Shown: positions 48,750 to 58,830 of the stretch, one piece after another | Layout of the letters: each line of letters opens with the position of its first letter | How positions within the stretch are numbered: position 1 is the first letter of the stretch | Source: Clostridiales bacterium | GTDB lineage: Bacteria; Bacillota; Clostridia; Lachnospirales; Cellulosilyticaceae | Assembly: GCA_019418225.1 (NCBI GenBank) | Contig: DYCF01000018.1 | Location: forward strand, 15,854 to 79,853 | DNA: 64,000 nucleotides | Direction of reading: 5' to 3' | Notes under the pieces: model-generated | Database searches by the model: none | The model's input: the letters and a program-made list of their open reading frames with translations, nothing else | What the model was told of the DNA's origin: nothing | Position numbers and translations under genes: made by a program

Positions 48750-49451
48750 ATGAGTGATAACTTATTAAAATTACAAAATATCCATAAATCTTATGGCTCA
48801 AAGGTTGCCCTTGAAGACGTAAGTTTTTCAATCCCTAGTGGTAAAATTATTGGCCTACTTGGCCCTAATGGTAGTGGCAAAAGCACAATGATTAAACTTA
48901 TTAATGGTTTACTTGAACCCACTGCTGGCACAATTGAGATAAAAGGCAATGCCCCAGGGCCCGCTACTAAAAAGGTGATTTCTTACTTACCAGAACGTAC
49001 TTATCTCAATGATTGGATGAAGGTAGAAGACTTACTTAATTTCTTCCAAGATTTCTATGATGACTTTAATTATAATCGTGCACTTGAAATGCTTGGTAAC
49101 CTTCATATCGAGTTAAATGCAAAGCTTAAAACACTTTCAAAAGGTACAAAAGAAAAGGTGCAACTTATCTTAGTTATGTCTAGGGAAGCTGACTTGTATA
49201 TCCTCGATGAACCTATTGGCGGCGTTGACCCTGCTGGCCGTGATTATATTCTAAAAACGATTATTAAAAATTATAGCGAAACAAGTTCTATACTTATCGC
49301 TACACACCTTATTCAAGAAATTGAACAAATCTGTGATGAGGTTATTTTCTTATCCAAAGGTAATATTGTTTTACAAGGAAATGTAGACGAGATTAGAGAG
49401 GAAAAAGGAAAATCAATTGATAGTTTATTTAGGGAGGTATTTTCATGTTAG
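48750..49451 (+). CDS. ABC transporter ATP-binding protein
   Basis: GPNGSGKST, LSKG, LDEP. Confidence 0.92.
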   Translation: MSDNLLKLQNIHKSYGSKVALEDVSFSIPSGKIIGLLGPNGSGKSTMIKLINGLLEPTAGTIEIKGNAPGPATKKVISYLPERTYLNDWMKVEDLLNFFQDFYDDFNYNRALEMLGNLHIELNAKLKTLSKGTKEKVQLILVMSREADLYILDEPIGGVDPAGRDYILKTIIKNYSETSSILIATHLIQEIEQICDEVIFLSKGNIVLQGNVDEIREEKGKSIDSLFREVFSC

Positions 49452-50233
49452 GAAAATTATTAAAATATGAATTTAAAGCTACAAGTAGAACTTTCGTTCC
49501 ACTTTATATTGCACTTGTTTTAGTAGCCATCATCAATAACTTATTTATGACAAATGATATCAGCTTTGGTTTTGGCATTATGATAATGATTATGGTTGGT
49601 CTCTTTATTGCGCTAGGTGTGCTTACTCTAGTTGTTCTTATTCAGCGCTTCAATAAGAATCTTTTAGGTGATGAAGGCTATCTCATGTTTACACTGCCAG
49701 TAAAACCTTACCAGCTTATTTTGTCAAAACTGCTCATCACTGTTTTTTGGACCATTATTAGCGGTATTATTGCAATCATAACCTTTATTATTTTAGTGGG
49801 CGGCTTTAATTTTACTTTTATAAAAGAATTCTTCACTGTCCTCTTTACACAAATGGATGTTATCTCTAATGCTATTGGTACAGCTATGCAAGAAGAAGCC
49901 TTCCGTCAAGCACTTGTGATGATGATTACATTCTGCTTTATAGCATTATTCACTTACGTGGGCTCTATCTTAGAAATCTACTTAGCACTTTCTATTGGCC
50001 AACTTCCAGTTTTCTCAAAACATCGTGGCATCACAGCCTTTGTAGCATTCTTTGTCATTAATTCTATTCTTCAGATGCTTGTTATGTTTGTAGGTGGCAC
50101 ATTTATGCATACATTTTCTATTCTTTCTCCTGGCATGCTATGTACACTCGGCATTCTTGGCAGCCTTTTAGTAGATGTAATTCTATTCTTTATTATTAAC
50201 TACATCCTAAACAAACACTTAAATCTCGAATAA
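49445..50233 (+). CDS. ABC-2 type permease
   Basis: MLGKLLKYEF, EGYLMFTLPV, six TM helices. Confidence 0.85.
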   Translation: MLGKLLKYEFKATSRTFVPLYIALVLVAIINNLFMTNDISFGFGIMIMIMVGLFIALGVLTLVVLIQRFNKNLLGDEGYLMFTLPVKPYQLILSKLLITVFWTIISGIIAIITFIILVGGFNFTFIKEFFTVLFTQMDVISNAIGTAMQEEAFRQALVMMITFCFIALFTYVGSILEIYLALSIGQLPVFSKHRGITAFVAFFVINSILQMLVMFVGGTFMHTFSILSPGMLCTLGILGSLLVDVILFFIINYILNKHLNLE

Positions 50234-50264
50234 CTCATCTTCTAACATTTGCCTAAAACATATC

Positions 50265-50312
50265 AATATAAAACAAGGACTATTGCGAAAGCATATAGTC
50301 CTGTTTTATATT
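50265..50312. terminator. Terminator between convergent genes
   Basis: aatataaaacaaggactat / atagtcctgttttatatt inverted repeat. Confidence 0.65.
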
Positions 50313-50364
50313 AGCTATTATCTTTTTCTTTTTTCTCAAGGCACTAGCTACCTATTTTTTTATA

Positions 50365-50676
50365 CTACTTATTTTTTTCACTTCTTAAATAAGCACTTAA
50401 AATATTTCTAGTATTTCCTTTGGCACCTGTAATTACTTTAATCTGATATTTTTCTAATTCACGTTGCTCTTCAGATGTAATAGCGCTACATAGCAAAGTA
50501 TCAACACCTTCATTTTGTAAGATGTATAATAAATCTTTTCCTGCTACGCCAACAGAAGTATCAATTAACATTCGGCCACTAGGGCGTCCTTTCTGTATTT
50601 CAAAAATCTCAAAAGCCTTCGTTTTTCCAAACTCTCTCGCTACATTTCGCCCATCAGCAGTTATAGCTACAAGCAT
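50365..50676 (-). CDS. NifB/NifX (FeMo-co binding)-family small protein
   Basis: VAI...G..VA.EFG....F.IF pattern, GVD.LLC. Confidence 0.7.
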   Translation of the reverse strand: MLVAITADGRNVAREFGKTKAFEIFEIQKGRPSGRMLIDTSVGVAGKDLLYILQNEGVDTLLCSAITSEEQRELEKYQIKVITGAKGNTRNILSAYLRSEKNK

Positions 50677-50797
50677 ACGCTACCTCCCGGAGGAAATATT
50701 AACTCTTTTTCCATTATATGTATTTAACTTGTATTTTATATCTTGTTTTAGGTATACTAAAACCTAACTATCACTTTTTAATTTTTAGGAGGATATT

Positions 50798-51178
50798 ATG
50801 ATTAATCAAATTGGTAAAATTACTTTATATGTAAATAACCAAGCAGAAGCTAAAAGCTTTTGGCTTGATAAAATGAACTTTGTTGTTAAACTTGAGCAAC
50901 CTATGGGACCAAATATGACTTGGCTAGAAGTTGGTCCTAGTGCAGATGCTTTTACAAGCTTCGTTCTTTATGAAAAACAACTTATGTTAGCTCAAAGACC
51001 AGATGCCAATGTAGCTTGTCCAAATATCATTCTCAGCACAAAAGACATTGCTGCTACTTATGAGCAGCTTAAACAAAACGGCGTTAAAGTTGGCGAGCTT
51101 CAAATCATGCCATATGGCAAAATGTTTTCTTTTGAAGACCAAGATGGCAATACATTCCTCATTCGTGAGGACTTATAA
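50798..51178 (+). CDS. VOC/glyoxalase family protein
   Basis: LYV.NQ..AK.FW, F.F.DQDGN. Confidence 0.85.
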   Translation: MINQIGKITLYVNNQAEAKSFWLDKMNFVVKLEQPMGPNMTWLEVGPSADAFTSFVLYEKQLMLAQRPDANVACPNIILSTKDIAATYEQLKQNGVKVGELQIMPYGKMFSFEDQDGNTFLIREDL

Positions 51179-51255
51179 AATAATAAAAATGGGTACCTAA
51201 AAATGAAATTTTTGTGGTACCCACTTTATATTATAAGCAAAAAATATTCTACTTT

Positions 51256-52071
51256 TTATGGCGCAATCTTTGAATCTTTATTTTTCTTTAATCTTTCTAT
51301 TTCCTGTTTTTGTTCCTCTATTACCTTTTGATAATTTACTTCTTTTTCACACCATTCCTTACTGAGTGTGTTAATAAGAGAAGCCATTTCATCCGCACTT
51401 CCAATGATACGGTTAAAGAGTAGTAAATTAGATTTAAGGATTTCTGGAATCTCTACATGAGAATATCTTAAACGATGGTCGATTTCCCCATACCCTTCTT
51501 CAAAAATAGTTCTCACTTGAATCTCTGCAATAACTCTGCGATTGGTTGGATAAAATTCTACGAGATAGTGTACTGATCTATATCCTGAAGCCCTTGATCT
51601 CACCTCTATATTGAGGTCATTAAACACATCTACATTATCCCCTTCCCTCACATTAGCCGTAATCTCAATAACCTTCCATGTATTTACGATATATTCATGA
51701 ATCTCTCGCCATTGCTCCTTGAAGATATGAATAACCCTTATTCCAATTAAATCATTAATTTCATCCTTATAATTTGCTATATTAAACTGAAAATCTTCTC
51801 CATACTTAAGTTTTCTATCTGCTGTTTTTCGAATCACCTTTTCAATAAGCCCATCTGGGTCTTTCATCCTAGATTTCACTGTATGAATATTTTCTTGTGA
51901 GCGCAAGATATTGGCAATGAAATCACCATGATTTTGATAAGCATCCATATGGGCAATATAATCATTGTAAATGGCTGATAACTCTTCTACATCTATATTA
52001 TTTTCCTCTATCATCTTCATTGTATATGGATACTTTAATAAAAACTCATCTAAATTGAATTTTGATATCAT
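51256..52071 (-). CDS. RelA/SpoT-domain small alarmone synthetase-like protein
   Basis: SRMK...LIEK, DLIGIR, SGYRSVH, EIQVRT, EIDH. Confidence 0.88.
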   Translation of the reverse strand: MISKFNLDEFLLKYPYTMKMIEENNIDVEELSAIYNDYIAHMDAYQNHGDFIANILRSQENIHTVKSRMKDPDGLIEKVIRKTADRKLKYGEDFQFNIANYKDEINDLIGIRVIHIFKEQWREIHEYIVNTWKVIEITANVREGDNVDVFNDLNIEVRSRASGYRSVHYLVEFYPTNRRVIAEIQVRTIFEEGYGEIDHRLRYSHVEIPEILKSNLLLFNRIIGSADEMASLINTLSKEWCEKEVNYQKVIEEQKQEIERLKKNKDSKIAP

Positions 52072-52269
52072 GTTTACGCTCCTATTATATATATCTATTT
52101 AAATACTCTATTAAATTTACTAGCTAATTCTTATTTTAAATTATAGCTTAAAAACTTTTGCTTTAAAAGTTACTCTACTTACTTATAACCAATTTCTCTT
52201 ATAACTACACATCCTAATCAAAAAACTCTCAACATAAGCATCACTAAATGCCTACATCAAGAGTTTCTC

Positions 52270-53007
52270 TTAATACTTCACGTCTACTAATGAAAGTGCC
52301 TTTGGTTTCGCCATAGGATAACCAGCCGCTCTTTGTTTTTTATCCATTATAATTTGTGTCTGCTCTGCTGTAATTGTGCCTTTACCAGCCTCAATAAGTG
52401 CGCCAATAATCATTCTTGGCATATGAAGTAAGAAGTCATCTGCTGTAATGCGAATTTGAATCATATTTCCTTCTTTAATGATTTCAATATCATTTACAGT
52501 CTGCATTGTAGATTTACCATTTGGTTTTAAGCTTGTGAAGCTTTGGAAATCATGAGTTCCCTTAAAAATAGCAGCTACTGCTCTCATATTTTCAAGGTCA
52601 AAATCATAATCCATATGGTGAACATACTTTCTCGTAAACACATTTCTTCGTGCTCCGCAATTAATTGTATAAACATAAGTCTTAGCTTTTACATTATAGC
52701 GGGCATGGAAACGCTCACCCACTTCTTCTAAACTCTTTACTACAATGTCCTCTGGTAAAAATTCATATAAGTAATCTAACATACACTCTTCACTTAAAAT
52801 ACATTCTGTCTTAAAGTTTGCTACATAATTTTCTGCATGTACGCCTACATCGGTACGCTCACAGCAAATAAGCTCTATCTTTTCTTCCGTCATCTTCTCA
52901 AGTACAGCTTCTATTTTAGCCTGTACTGTAAGATCTGTATCTCTTTGAACTTGAAAGCCTTTATAACGACTTCCATCATACTCAATAACCATTTTAAAAT
53001 TTTTCAT
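52270..53007 (-). CDS. truA: tRNA pseudouridine(38-40) synthase paralogue
   Basis: IEYDGSRY.G.Q, RTD.GVHA, FHARY, GTHDF.SF. Confidence 0.85.
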   Translation of the reverse strand: MKNFKMVIEYDGSRYKGFQVQRDTDLTVQAKIEAVLEKMTEEKIELICCERTDVGVHAENYVANFKTECILSEECMLDYLYEFLPEDIVVKSLEEVGERFHARYNVKAKTYVYTINCGARRNVFTRKYVHHMDYDFDLENMRAVAAIFKGTHDFQSFTSLKPNGKSTMQTVNDIEIIKEGNMIQIRITADDFLLHMPRMIIGALIEAGKGTITAEQTQIIMDKKQRAAGYPMAKPKALSLVDVKY

Positions 53008-53198
53008 TAAATTTACCTATATACTTTCTATTTTATGTTGTTCATTTTTTATTCTTACATTTAGTTTCTTATTCATTATACACTATGAGCAATCTTATTG
53101 TTAGTTATTCATATTTCGTATTGTTTTTTTAATTTTTACTCTAATATTCTCTTGTCCATGTTATAATTTATTTATCTTATCCATAGAGGAGATTTTAT

Positions 53199-53942
53199 AT
53201 GAATGAACTAAATAGTCAAATTGAATTTCAACCACAAACTTATAGAATATCTGAGCTGTTCATTAAAAGAAGTAAGGTCAACTATCTCCTTTCAATGATT
53301 ATGCTCCCTATTGGTATATGTCTTATGACATTTTTAGTACAACATACTACTGATACCCCTTTTAATTTTCAATTTTTCATCTGCTTTATTGGCTGTGTTT
53401 CTATCTTTTTAGAACTTGAAATTTTCATTGTAAGCCGTATTATGCTTAAGAAAGTCAAAGAAAATACATTAACCATAGGTGAGGATTTTATTCAACGTAA
53501 ATCAAAAGTACTCGAACCCCCGATTCAATTTAAATTCATTCAAAAGCTTGCTATCAAATATGCACCTAATGGCAACGTCAACACTATCGATATCCAAACC
53601 TCTAGTCAAAGTGTCCGTCTATGTGGTTTTGAAAACATGAGTGAGATTGCAGAACTTCTCAAATCCAAATCTCCTTCTGCGAAGGTCAAAGAGCATACTT
53701 ATAAGTTAGATTATAATCATCCGCTTGCCTTCATCACTATATTTGTTGCTTGTATTCTTGTTTTTTATTTTGCGCGTTATAAATTCTTCCTACCTTTAAA
53801 TGATATTTTTCTCGTAGGCTTTGGAATATGGCTACTACTTGGCAAACCCATTTCTAAGGCACAAGGGGACCGTTTTAGAGCTATTGAAGTCATTTGTAGT
53901 ATCCTTATGATTGGTTGTATGGCCTTAAGCTATCTTCCTTAA
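53199..53942 (+). CDS. Hypothetical membrane protein
   Basis: AGGAG RBS; about five hydrophobic helices. Confidence 0.65.
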   Translation: MNELNSQIEFQPQTYRISELFIKRSKVNYLLSMIMLPIGICLMTFLVQHTTDTPFNFQFFICFIGCVSIFLELEIFIVSRIMLKKVKENTLTIGEDFIQRKSKVLEPPIQFKFIQKLAIKYAPNGNVNTIDIQTSSQSVRLCGFENMSEIAELLKSKSPSAKVKEHTYKLDYNHPLAFITIFVACILVFYFARYKFFLPLNDIFLVGFGIWLLLGKPISKAQGDRFRAIEVICSILMIGCMALSYLP

Positions 53943-53956
53943 ATGCCTTAAGTATC

Positions 53957-54000
53957 AAAAAGCTATAAGACTTGTAACATTCCTAGTCTTATAGCTTTTT
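53957..54000. terminator. Bidirectional intrinsic terminator
   Basis: aaaaagctataagact / agtcttatagcttttt. Confidence 0.85.
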
Positions 54001-54028
54001 TCATTAACCTATCAATTATTATATCCAC

Positions 54029-54901
54029 TTATGCATGTGATAACGCTGGAAACATTAACTTTCTTACCTCTACCTGCTTCAAATCTTCTCCCATTATGAA
54101 AAATGTACAGTCTTCTTCATGATGTTCTACCCTTATATAGCTGACTGCCTCCTCCTCAAAAGGCGTAAATCCTAATCTCACCTCTTTGATTTGGCTTCCA
54201 AAGGCTCCTACCACTTCCTCTAATGCTACCTTTTTTCTTGCAACAATGTCTTGAATAAATAATTTATCTTCCTCTACTTCTGCCACCACATACACTTCTT
54301 CAGATCCTAATTGATATACCATTTCACTGTCCATTGCATAAAACCCTAAAAGGCCTTCATTATCCCTCATCTGAAATCTATATTGGCTTGCTCCTTCTCG
54401 TGCCGTTTTTAAAAACTTATCTAGATTTTCTCTCCTTGTCATATCTACAGATTTCATCTTTAAGGTACTTGTTTCTGCCTGTACTTCTTTGCTATAGCTA
54501 TATTCTCTAGCCTTCTTGAAACCAAATTTAGGATAGAATTCAATCACACTATCATTGCCAAATAAGTAAATTCCATCAACCTTTCCTACATACTCAGCCA
54601 GTACCTCCTCCATTAAATATCTTAAACAGCCTTGCCCTCTATAAGCCTTATCTGTCATAACAGTCCCTAGCTGAATATAGTTTTTAACTTCTCCATCCAT
54701 TTCAAAGGTCATTAAATTCACAGATACATTTGAAATAACCTTATCCCCATCCATTAAAGAATAAGGTATGTACTTATCCCCCCATAATCCTTTGGCATAC
54801 CACTTTTCAAAGTTAATACAAAAAGTCTTTTTCGCCAGTTCACTAAAACTTTTGCGAACCTCTTCCTGATTTTTATAGTCTTTAATAAATGTGTATTTCA
54901 T
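54029..54901 (-). CDS. GNAT N-acetyltransferase
   Basis: QLGTVMT..AYRGQG, FYPKFGF. Confidence 0.85.
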   Translation of the reverse strand: MKYTFIKDYKNQEEVRKSFSELAKKTFCINFEKWYAKGLWGDKYIPYSLMDGDKVISNVSVNLMTFEMDGEVKNYIQLGTVMTDKAYRGQGCLRYLMEEVLAEYVGKVDGIYLFGNDSVIEFYPKFGFKKAREYSYSKEVQAETSTLKMKSVDMTRRENLDKFLKTAREGASQYRFQMRDNEGLLGFYAMDSEMVYQLGSEEVYVVAEVEEDKLFIQDIVARKKVALEEVVGAFGSQIKEVRLGFTPFEEEAVSYIRVEHHEEDCTFFIMGEDLKQVEVRKLMFPALSHA

Positions 54902-55037
54902 ACTAATCCCCCTATATATTATTTCTCTTTAAAAGTAATATTCACTTCTTCTATATTTATACTCTTCACTATCTGCAAGCGCCTTTAAAGCCGCTTCGTT
55001 CTATATCTTCATCCATAAGATTATCTATTATCAATCA

Positions 55038-55178
55038 CTATCTATATTGTCCACATACCTTGCAAATCATAGCACTGCTTTTATTCTTGTTCTGACACTT
55101 TTTACACACCCACTCACCATTTATACTAGGTGTTATAGACTGTACTGGTGTATCATTTTTCTTTATAACCACCCCCAT
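55038..55178 (-). CDS. Unannotated 46-aa RanBP2-type zinc-finger protein (or gene remnant)
   Basis: MGVVIKKNDTPVQSITPSINGEWVCKKCQNKNKSSAMICKVCGQYR; exact W-x-C-x2-C-x3-N-x6-C-x2-C; weak RBS. Confidence 0.55.
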   Translation of the reverse strand: MGVVIKKNDTPVQSITPSINGEWVCKKCQNKNKSSAMICKVCGQYR

Positions 55179-55196
55179 ATACTACCCGCTATGGCT

Positions 55197-56462
55197 TTAC
55201 ACATGTATTAATTCTCCTCTCACATACCTTCTCTTAAGCCACTCTGTTCTTCCTGTATAAATAAATTTCTCCAATCTCTCTTCCAAACTTAGTTTTCTAT
55301 CTTCCCTTGAATAATCATCTTCCACAATAAGTGCATCAAACTCATACCCTTCTTCAAAGCTTCCTACCTTCCCAAAGAATTGTCCGCCTCCTTTAGTTGC
55401 CAAATAATATGCCTCGCTGATACTAAGTGGTTGGTCTTCAAGGTGATTTACCCAGTGCATCTTAGATGCCATCACTGTTGCCACAATATGAGCTCTCATA
55501 TCTAAGGTATGGCCTGCTCCTACATCTGAACCTAGCCCTACCTTAATCCCTTTATCTAAATAATGTCTAAGTGGCATAATACCGCTCGCTAAATTAAAGT
55601 TAGACTGTGCACAATGTGCTACCATGACATCATATTTCTTAAGCATCTCTATTTCTTCTTCTGTATTATAAATGCAATGTGCCATAATGGTTTTTCCTTG
55701 TCTTAAAAGACCATAATGTGCATAAACTTCCGTGAAACTTTCTCTTTCAGGATGCAGTTCCTTCACCCAAGCTACCTCACTACGATTTTCATCCAAATGT
55801 GACTGTACAGGTAAATCATATTTGGCTGCCAGTTTTCCTAACTGCCCCATAAGCTCTCCCGTTGTACAGGGTACAAATCGTGGGCTCACAATATAATTAA
55901 CTAATGGATTTTCAGCTTTATCCTGTGTTTCTAATATTAACTCCTCTGTTTCCCTTGCAGAAGCCTGCGTTTCTTCTATTAAATCTTTTGATGTGTTTCG
56001 GTCCATATTCACCTTTCCAATATAACCACCTAGTCCTGCCTTTTCAAAAAGCTCTATCAAAACACTTGTTGCCTCCTTATGGCAGCTCGCCATAACACAA
56101 GCACGCGTAGTACCTACTTTCTTTAAATCTCCTACAAAGATTTTATACTTATCTCTAGCAAATGCTATATCTTTAAAATGGCTTTCCAAAGGAAATGTAT
56201 ACTCATTAAGCCAAGGAATAAGTTCCTTGCTATATCCAATTCCAGCATTCTCCCACTGCGGTGCATGTACATGTATATCTACAAATCCAGGTATAATGAG
56301 TGCTTCTCCCAAATCCTCCACTTGCTCCTGCGTATATCCTTCCGGAATTTCCTTAGTAATACTTTTTACTTTACCATCCTCTACTAAAATATAGCTATGT
56401 GGATAGCTTTCAAATTTCTCTGGCACTGCAGTATAAATAATATTTCCCTTTAATAATATCAT
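55197..56462 (-). CDS. guaD: Guanine deaminase
   Basis: PGFVDIHVHAPQ, SPRF, QSHLDEN..E, MAHC, GLGSDVGAG. Confidence 0.9.
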   Translation of the reverse strand: MILLKGNIIYTAVPEKFESYPHSYILVEDGKVKSITKEIPEGYTQEQVEDLGEALIIPGFVDIHVHAPQWENAGIGYSKELIPWLNEYTFPLESHFKDIAFARDKYKIFVGDLKKVGTTRACVMASCHKEATSVLIELFEKAGLGGYIGKVNMDRNTSKDLIEETQASARETEELILETQDKAENPLVNYIVSPRFVPCTTGELMGQLGKLAAKYDLPVQSHLDENRSEVAWVKELHPERESFTEVYAHYGLLRQGKTIMAHCIYNTEEEIEMLKKYDVMVAHCAQSNFNLASGIMPLRHYLDKGIKVGLGSDVGAGHTLDMRAHIVATVMASKMHWVNHLEDQPLSISEAYYLATKGGGQFFGKVGSFEEGYEFDALIVEDDYSREDRKLSLEERLEKFIYTGRTEWLKRRYVRGELIHV

Positions 56463-56530
56463 TTACCCCATCTCCTCATTAATTCAAGTGTCTCTTCAGG
56501 TTGTCACACTTTTTCTATAATCTGCTACTT

Positions 56531-56579
56531 AGCAAAAAAAGAGCTAGTAATCTTTTACCCAGATACTAGCCCCTTTGCT
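56531..56579 (-). terminator. Terminator-like hairpin ~70 nt upstream of guaD
   Basis: Minus strand GGGCTAGTATCT-loop-AGATTACTAGCTC followed by T7. Confidence 0.6.
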
Positions 56580-56757
56580 CTCATTATTATATTATTATAT
56601 TATCATACTATTTTACACTTTTCCATAAAACTTTCTACCATCTATTAGGTACCCTTAGTTTAAGAATCTCTTCTCCAAGCTCCCCTAATTCATCCTTATA
56701 CATGGCATATTTCTTTCTTGTTTCAGACCCCTTTTGGAGTTTTTCCATGCATACATT

Positions 56758-57051
56758 TTACTCCTCTGTACTCATAATATCTCGAATCACTTCTAGCATC
56801 TGCGCCTCTGAGTTTTCTTCTATAAAGCTTATCACATGATCCAAAATACTATCGCAATTTCCAGTATGGTCTGCAATACAAGCAATACCTATAACAATAA
56901 TTTGGTGAATATCCTGTTCTGCTATTTCTGAAACTGCCACATTAAACTTATTTTTCACCTTACCCATAATACTTTTTACAATCATTCTCTTTTCTTTTAA
57001 AGAATGAACATAAGGTGCATGTAACTTAATTTGTAATGTGCCTACTAACAT
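56758..57051 (-). CDS. DUF503 (YlxP-like) protein
   Basis: HSLKEKR.IVKS....KNKFNVAVSE...QD.HQ; ATG at 57051. Confidence 0.88.
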   Translation of the reverse strand: MLVGTLQIKLHAPYVHSLKEKRMIVKSIMGKVKNKFNVAVSEIAEQDIHQIIVIGIACIADHTGNCDSILDHVISFIEENSEAQMLEVIRDIMSTEE

Positions 57052-57095
57052 TTTGTCTATTCCTTTCATTCTAATAAGTGATAGTTTCCTCACTA

Positions 57096-58799
57096 CTATA
57101 ATGTCTTATTAGGAGGCACGATACTCATAATTCGCTCTTGAATTTCTTTAAATGCCTTCATGAACTCCATATTATTTTTTTCATTTTTGCTTTGCCACTG
57201 CTGCTCTATTTCTTTAGCACGTGCTACTGAAATCTTAATATGTTTCTCCTCACATAATCTTAATGCATCATTTCGGATATAAAATGGACTATCTCCTAAA
57301 CGATCTATAAGTCTTTCCACTACATTTTCATGTGCCTTAATCATTTCCTCACTTCTCATATAGAGCACATTAATCGCTTCACTTCGCACCTGCGGATTAT
57401 AGTCACTTAACAGTTGTGCATTAAAGTCTGCCACTTCCTCAAATGGTAATTGTCTTATAACTTTAATTTTATTCATAATACTGCTTTCGCGTGCATAAGT
57501 TGCTCCCCACGGATTACTATATGAATATTTTTCATCTAAACGTTCTTTATCATTTACAATCGCCTTTAACTTTCCATAAATATACCTTTTTATTTCAAGG
57601 TCACCAATCGTAATTAGTACATCTTCTATCATACAATTCGTCTCGTTATCTTTTTTATACAATTCCTTACAAGTCTCAATAAGCTCCACTACACCATGTT
57701 CTTTAATAAAATTGCACCAGCTATATAAGCCTATACCTTCTTCTATACACTTTTTAAGTAGTGGTATTGAATAGACTTCTTTCCATAGCGCTAATACACG
57801 TTTTCTAAACTTATCATATACTCTTTGCCCATGCGCTTCTACCATATATTGCTCTGTTTCGTCATCTTCTATAAAGCTGCATATATCTTTAGCTCCTAGT
57901 AATTTTAAAGTGTCGAACTTTGTCTCTTCTAAATATTTTATATAAACATCTAATATTCTCGTATCCTCCTCTATTACTTCCCAAATCCCTGTATCGAAGA
58001 ATAACGAATTAAAAAGCTGCACCAACTGTTTAAAAAGCTCCTGATCCTTTGTAGCTAATTCAAATAATCTTGGTAAGTCTAAGCTGCTTGTAAGCTTTGT
58101 ACTTAGTTCCATTTGTATTGTATTCTCTTTTAATGCCCCTACTAATATGTTACGTTGGACATTGATGTCTTTTAATAATTCTTTCTGCTCCACAAGTAAC
58201 TGTGTTAAATATACCGCTCCCCAATCTTCACTAAGCTCCAGTAATCTAAAGGCGGCCTCTTCAAATGATTTCTTAGTAATCCAGTGTGTAAATCCATAAG
58301 AAATATATCTAGAGAATTCTTCATTTTGTCCTATAATCATATAGTCCTCAATAAGTTCCTCGCACCATTCACCCATAGTCGTTAATGTAATTGCCAGCTT
58401 AAAAATCTCCTTATCTGATGTCTCAAACAAAATCTTTTTAAACATCTCATAAGTTGTATGTGTAAAGCATTCTTCTGTTACACGCTCTCTTAATTCTCCC
58501 ATTACACTTAATGTCTTAAAATCCATTTGTTTAAGCTTTTTCTGAACAATCCTACATTCAGTTAAGTGTCTCTCCGTAATTTGTTTTAATAAATTACAGA
58601 TAGCACTCACTTCCCATTCTACTTGTTCTTGGCTTTCGCTACAGAAAGTATCTAAAAGTGCCGTTGAAATGCGAATTTGTCCTTCCTCTAATGGGTCTAT
58701 CCTATCTACTGCCTTCTGCTTATCTAATATGCCTGCCGTCGTACATTCATTCAGTATCTCCCATATGGCCTTTGGTCTATTAAATGGTACTACTTTCAT
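57096..58799 (-). CDS. Hypothetical alpha-helical (HEAT-like) protein
   Basis: LLSDYNPQVRSEAI and RLGDSPFYIRNDAL HEAT-like units at the C-terminus. Confidence 0.6.
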   Translation of the reverse strand: MKVVPFNRPKAIWEILNECTTAGILDKQKAVDRIDPLEEGQIRISTALLDTFCSESQEQVEWEVSAICNLLKQITERHLTECRIVQKKLKQMDFKTLSVMGELRERVTEECFTHTTYEMFKKILFETSDKEIFKLAITLTTMGEWCEELIEDYMIIGQNEEFSRYISYGFTHWITKKSFEEAAFRLLELSEDWGAVYLTQLLVEQKELLKDINVQRNILVGALKENTIQMELSTKLTSSLDLPRLFELATKDQELFKQLVQLFNSLFFDTGIWEVIEEDTRILDVYIKYLEETKFDTLKLLGAKDICSFIEDDETEQYMVEAHGQRVYDKFRKRVLALWKEVYSIPLLKKCIEEGIGLYSWCNFIKEHGVVELIETCKELYKKDNETNCMIEDVLITIGDLEIKRYIYGKLKAIVNDKERLDEKYSYSNPWGATYARESSIMNKIKVIRQLPFEEVADFNAQLLSDYNPQVRSEAINVLYMRSEEMIKAHENVVERLIDRLGDSPFYIRNDALRLCEEKHIKISVARAKEIEQQWQSKNEKNNMEFMKAFKEIQERIMSIVPPNKTL

Positions 58800-58830
58800 T
58801 TACTCTCCCACCTTTTAGGGATCTCTCTTC

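Noticed and set aside
50365..50676. Nitrogen fixation locus
   Set aside because: Isolated NifX-like domain with no nif genes nearby
51256..52071. Toxic small alarmone synthetase (toxSAS) toxin-antitoxin module
   Set aside because: Stand-alone gene with no co-oriented adjacent antitoxin candidate
56463..56630. Purine riboswitch upstream of guaD
   Set aside because: No purine aptamer core (UAUA...AUAUGG...UUUCUACC...CCGUAAA) found; only a terminator-like hairpin
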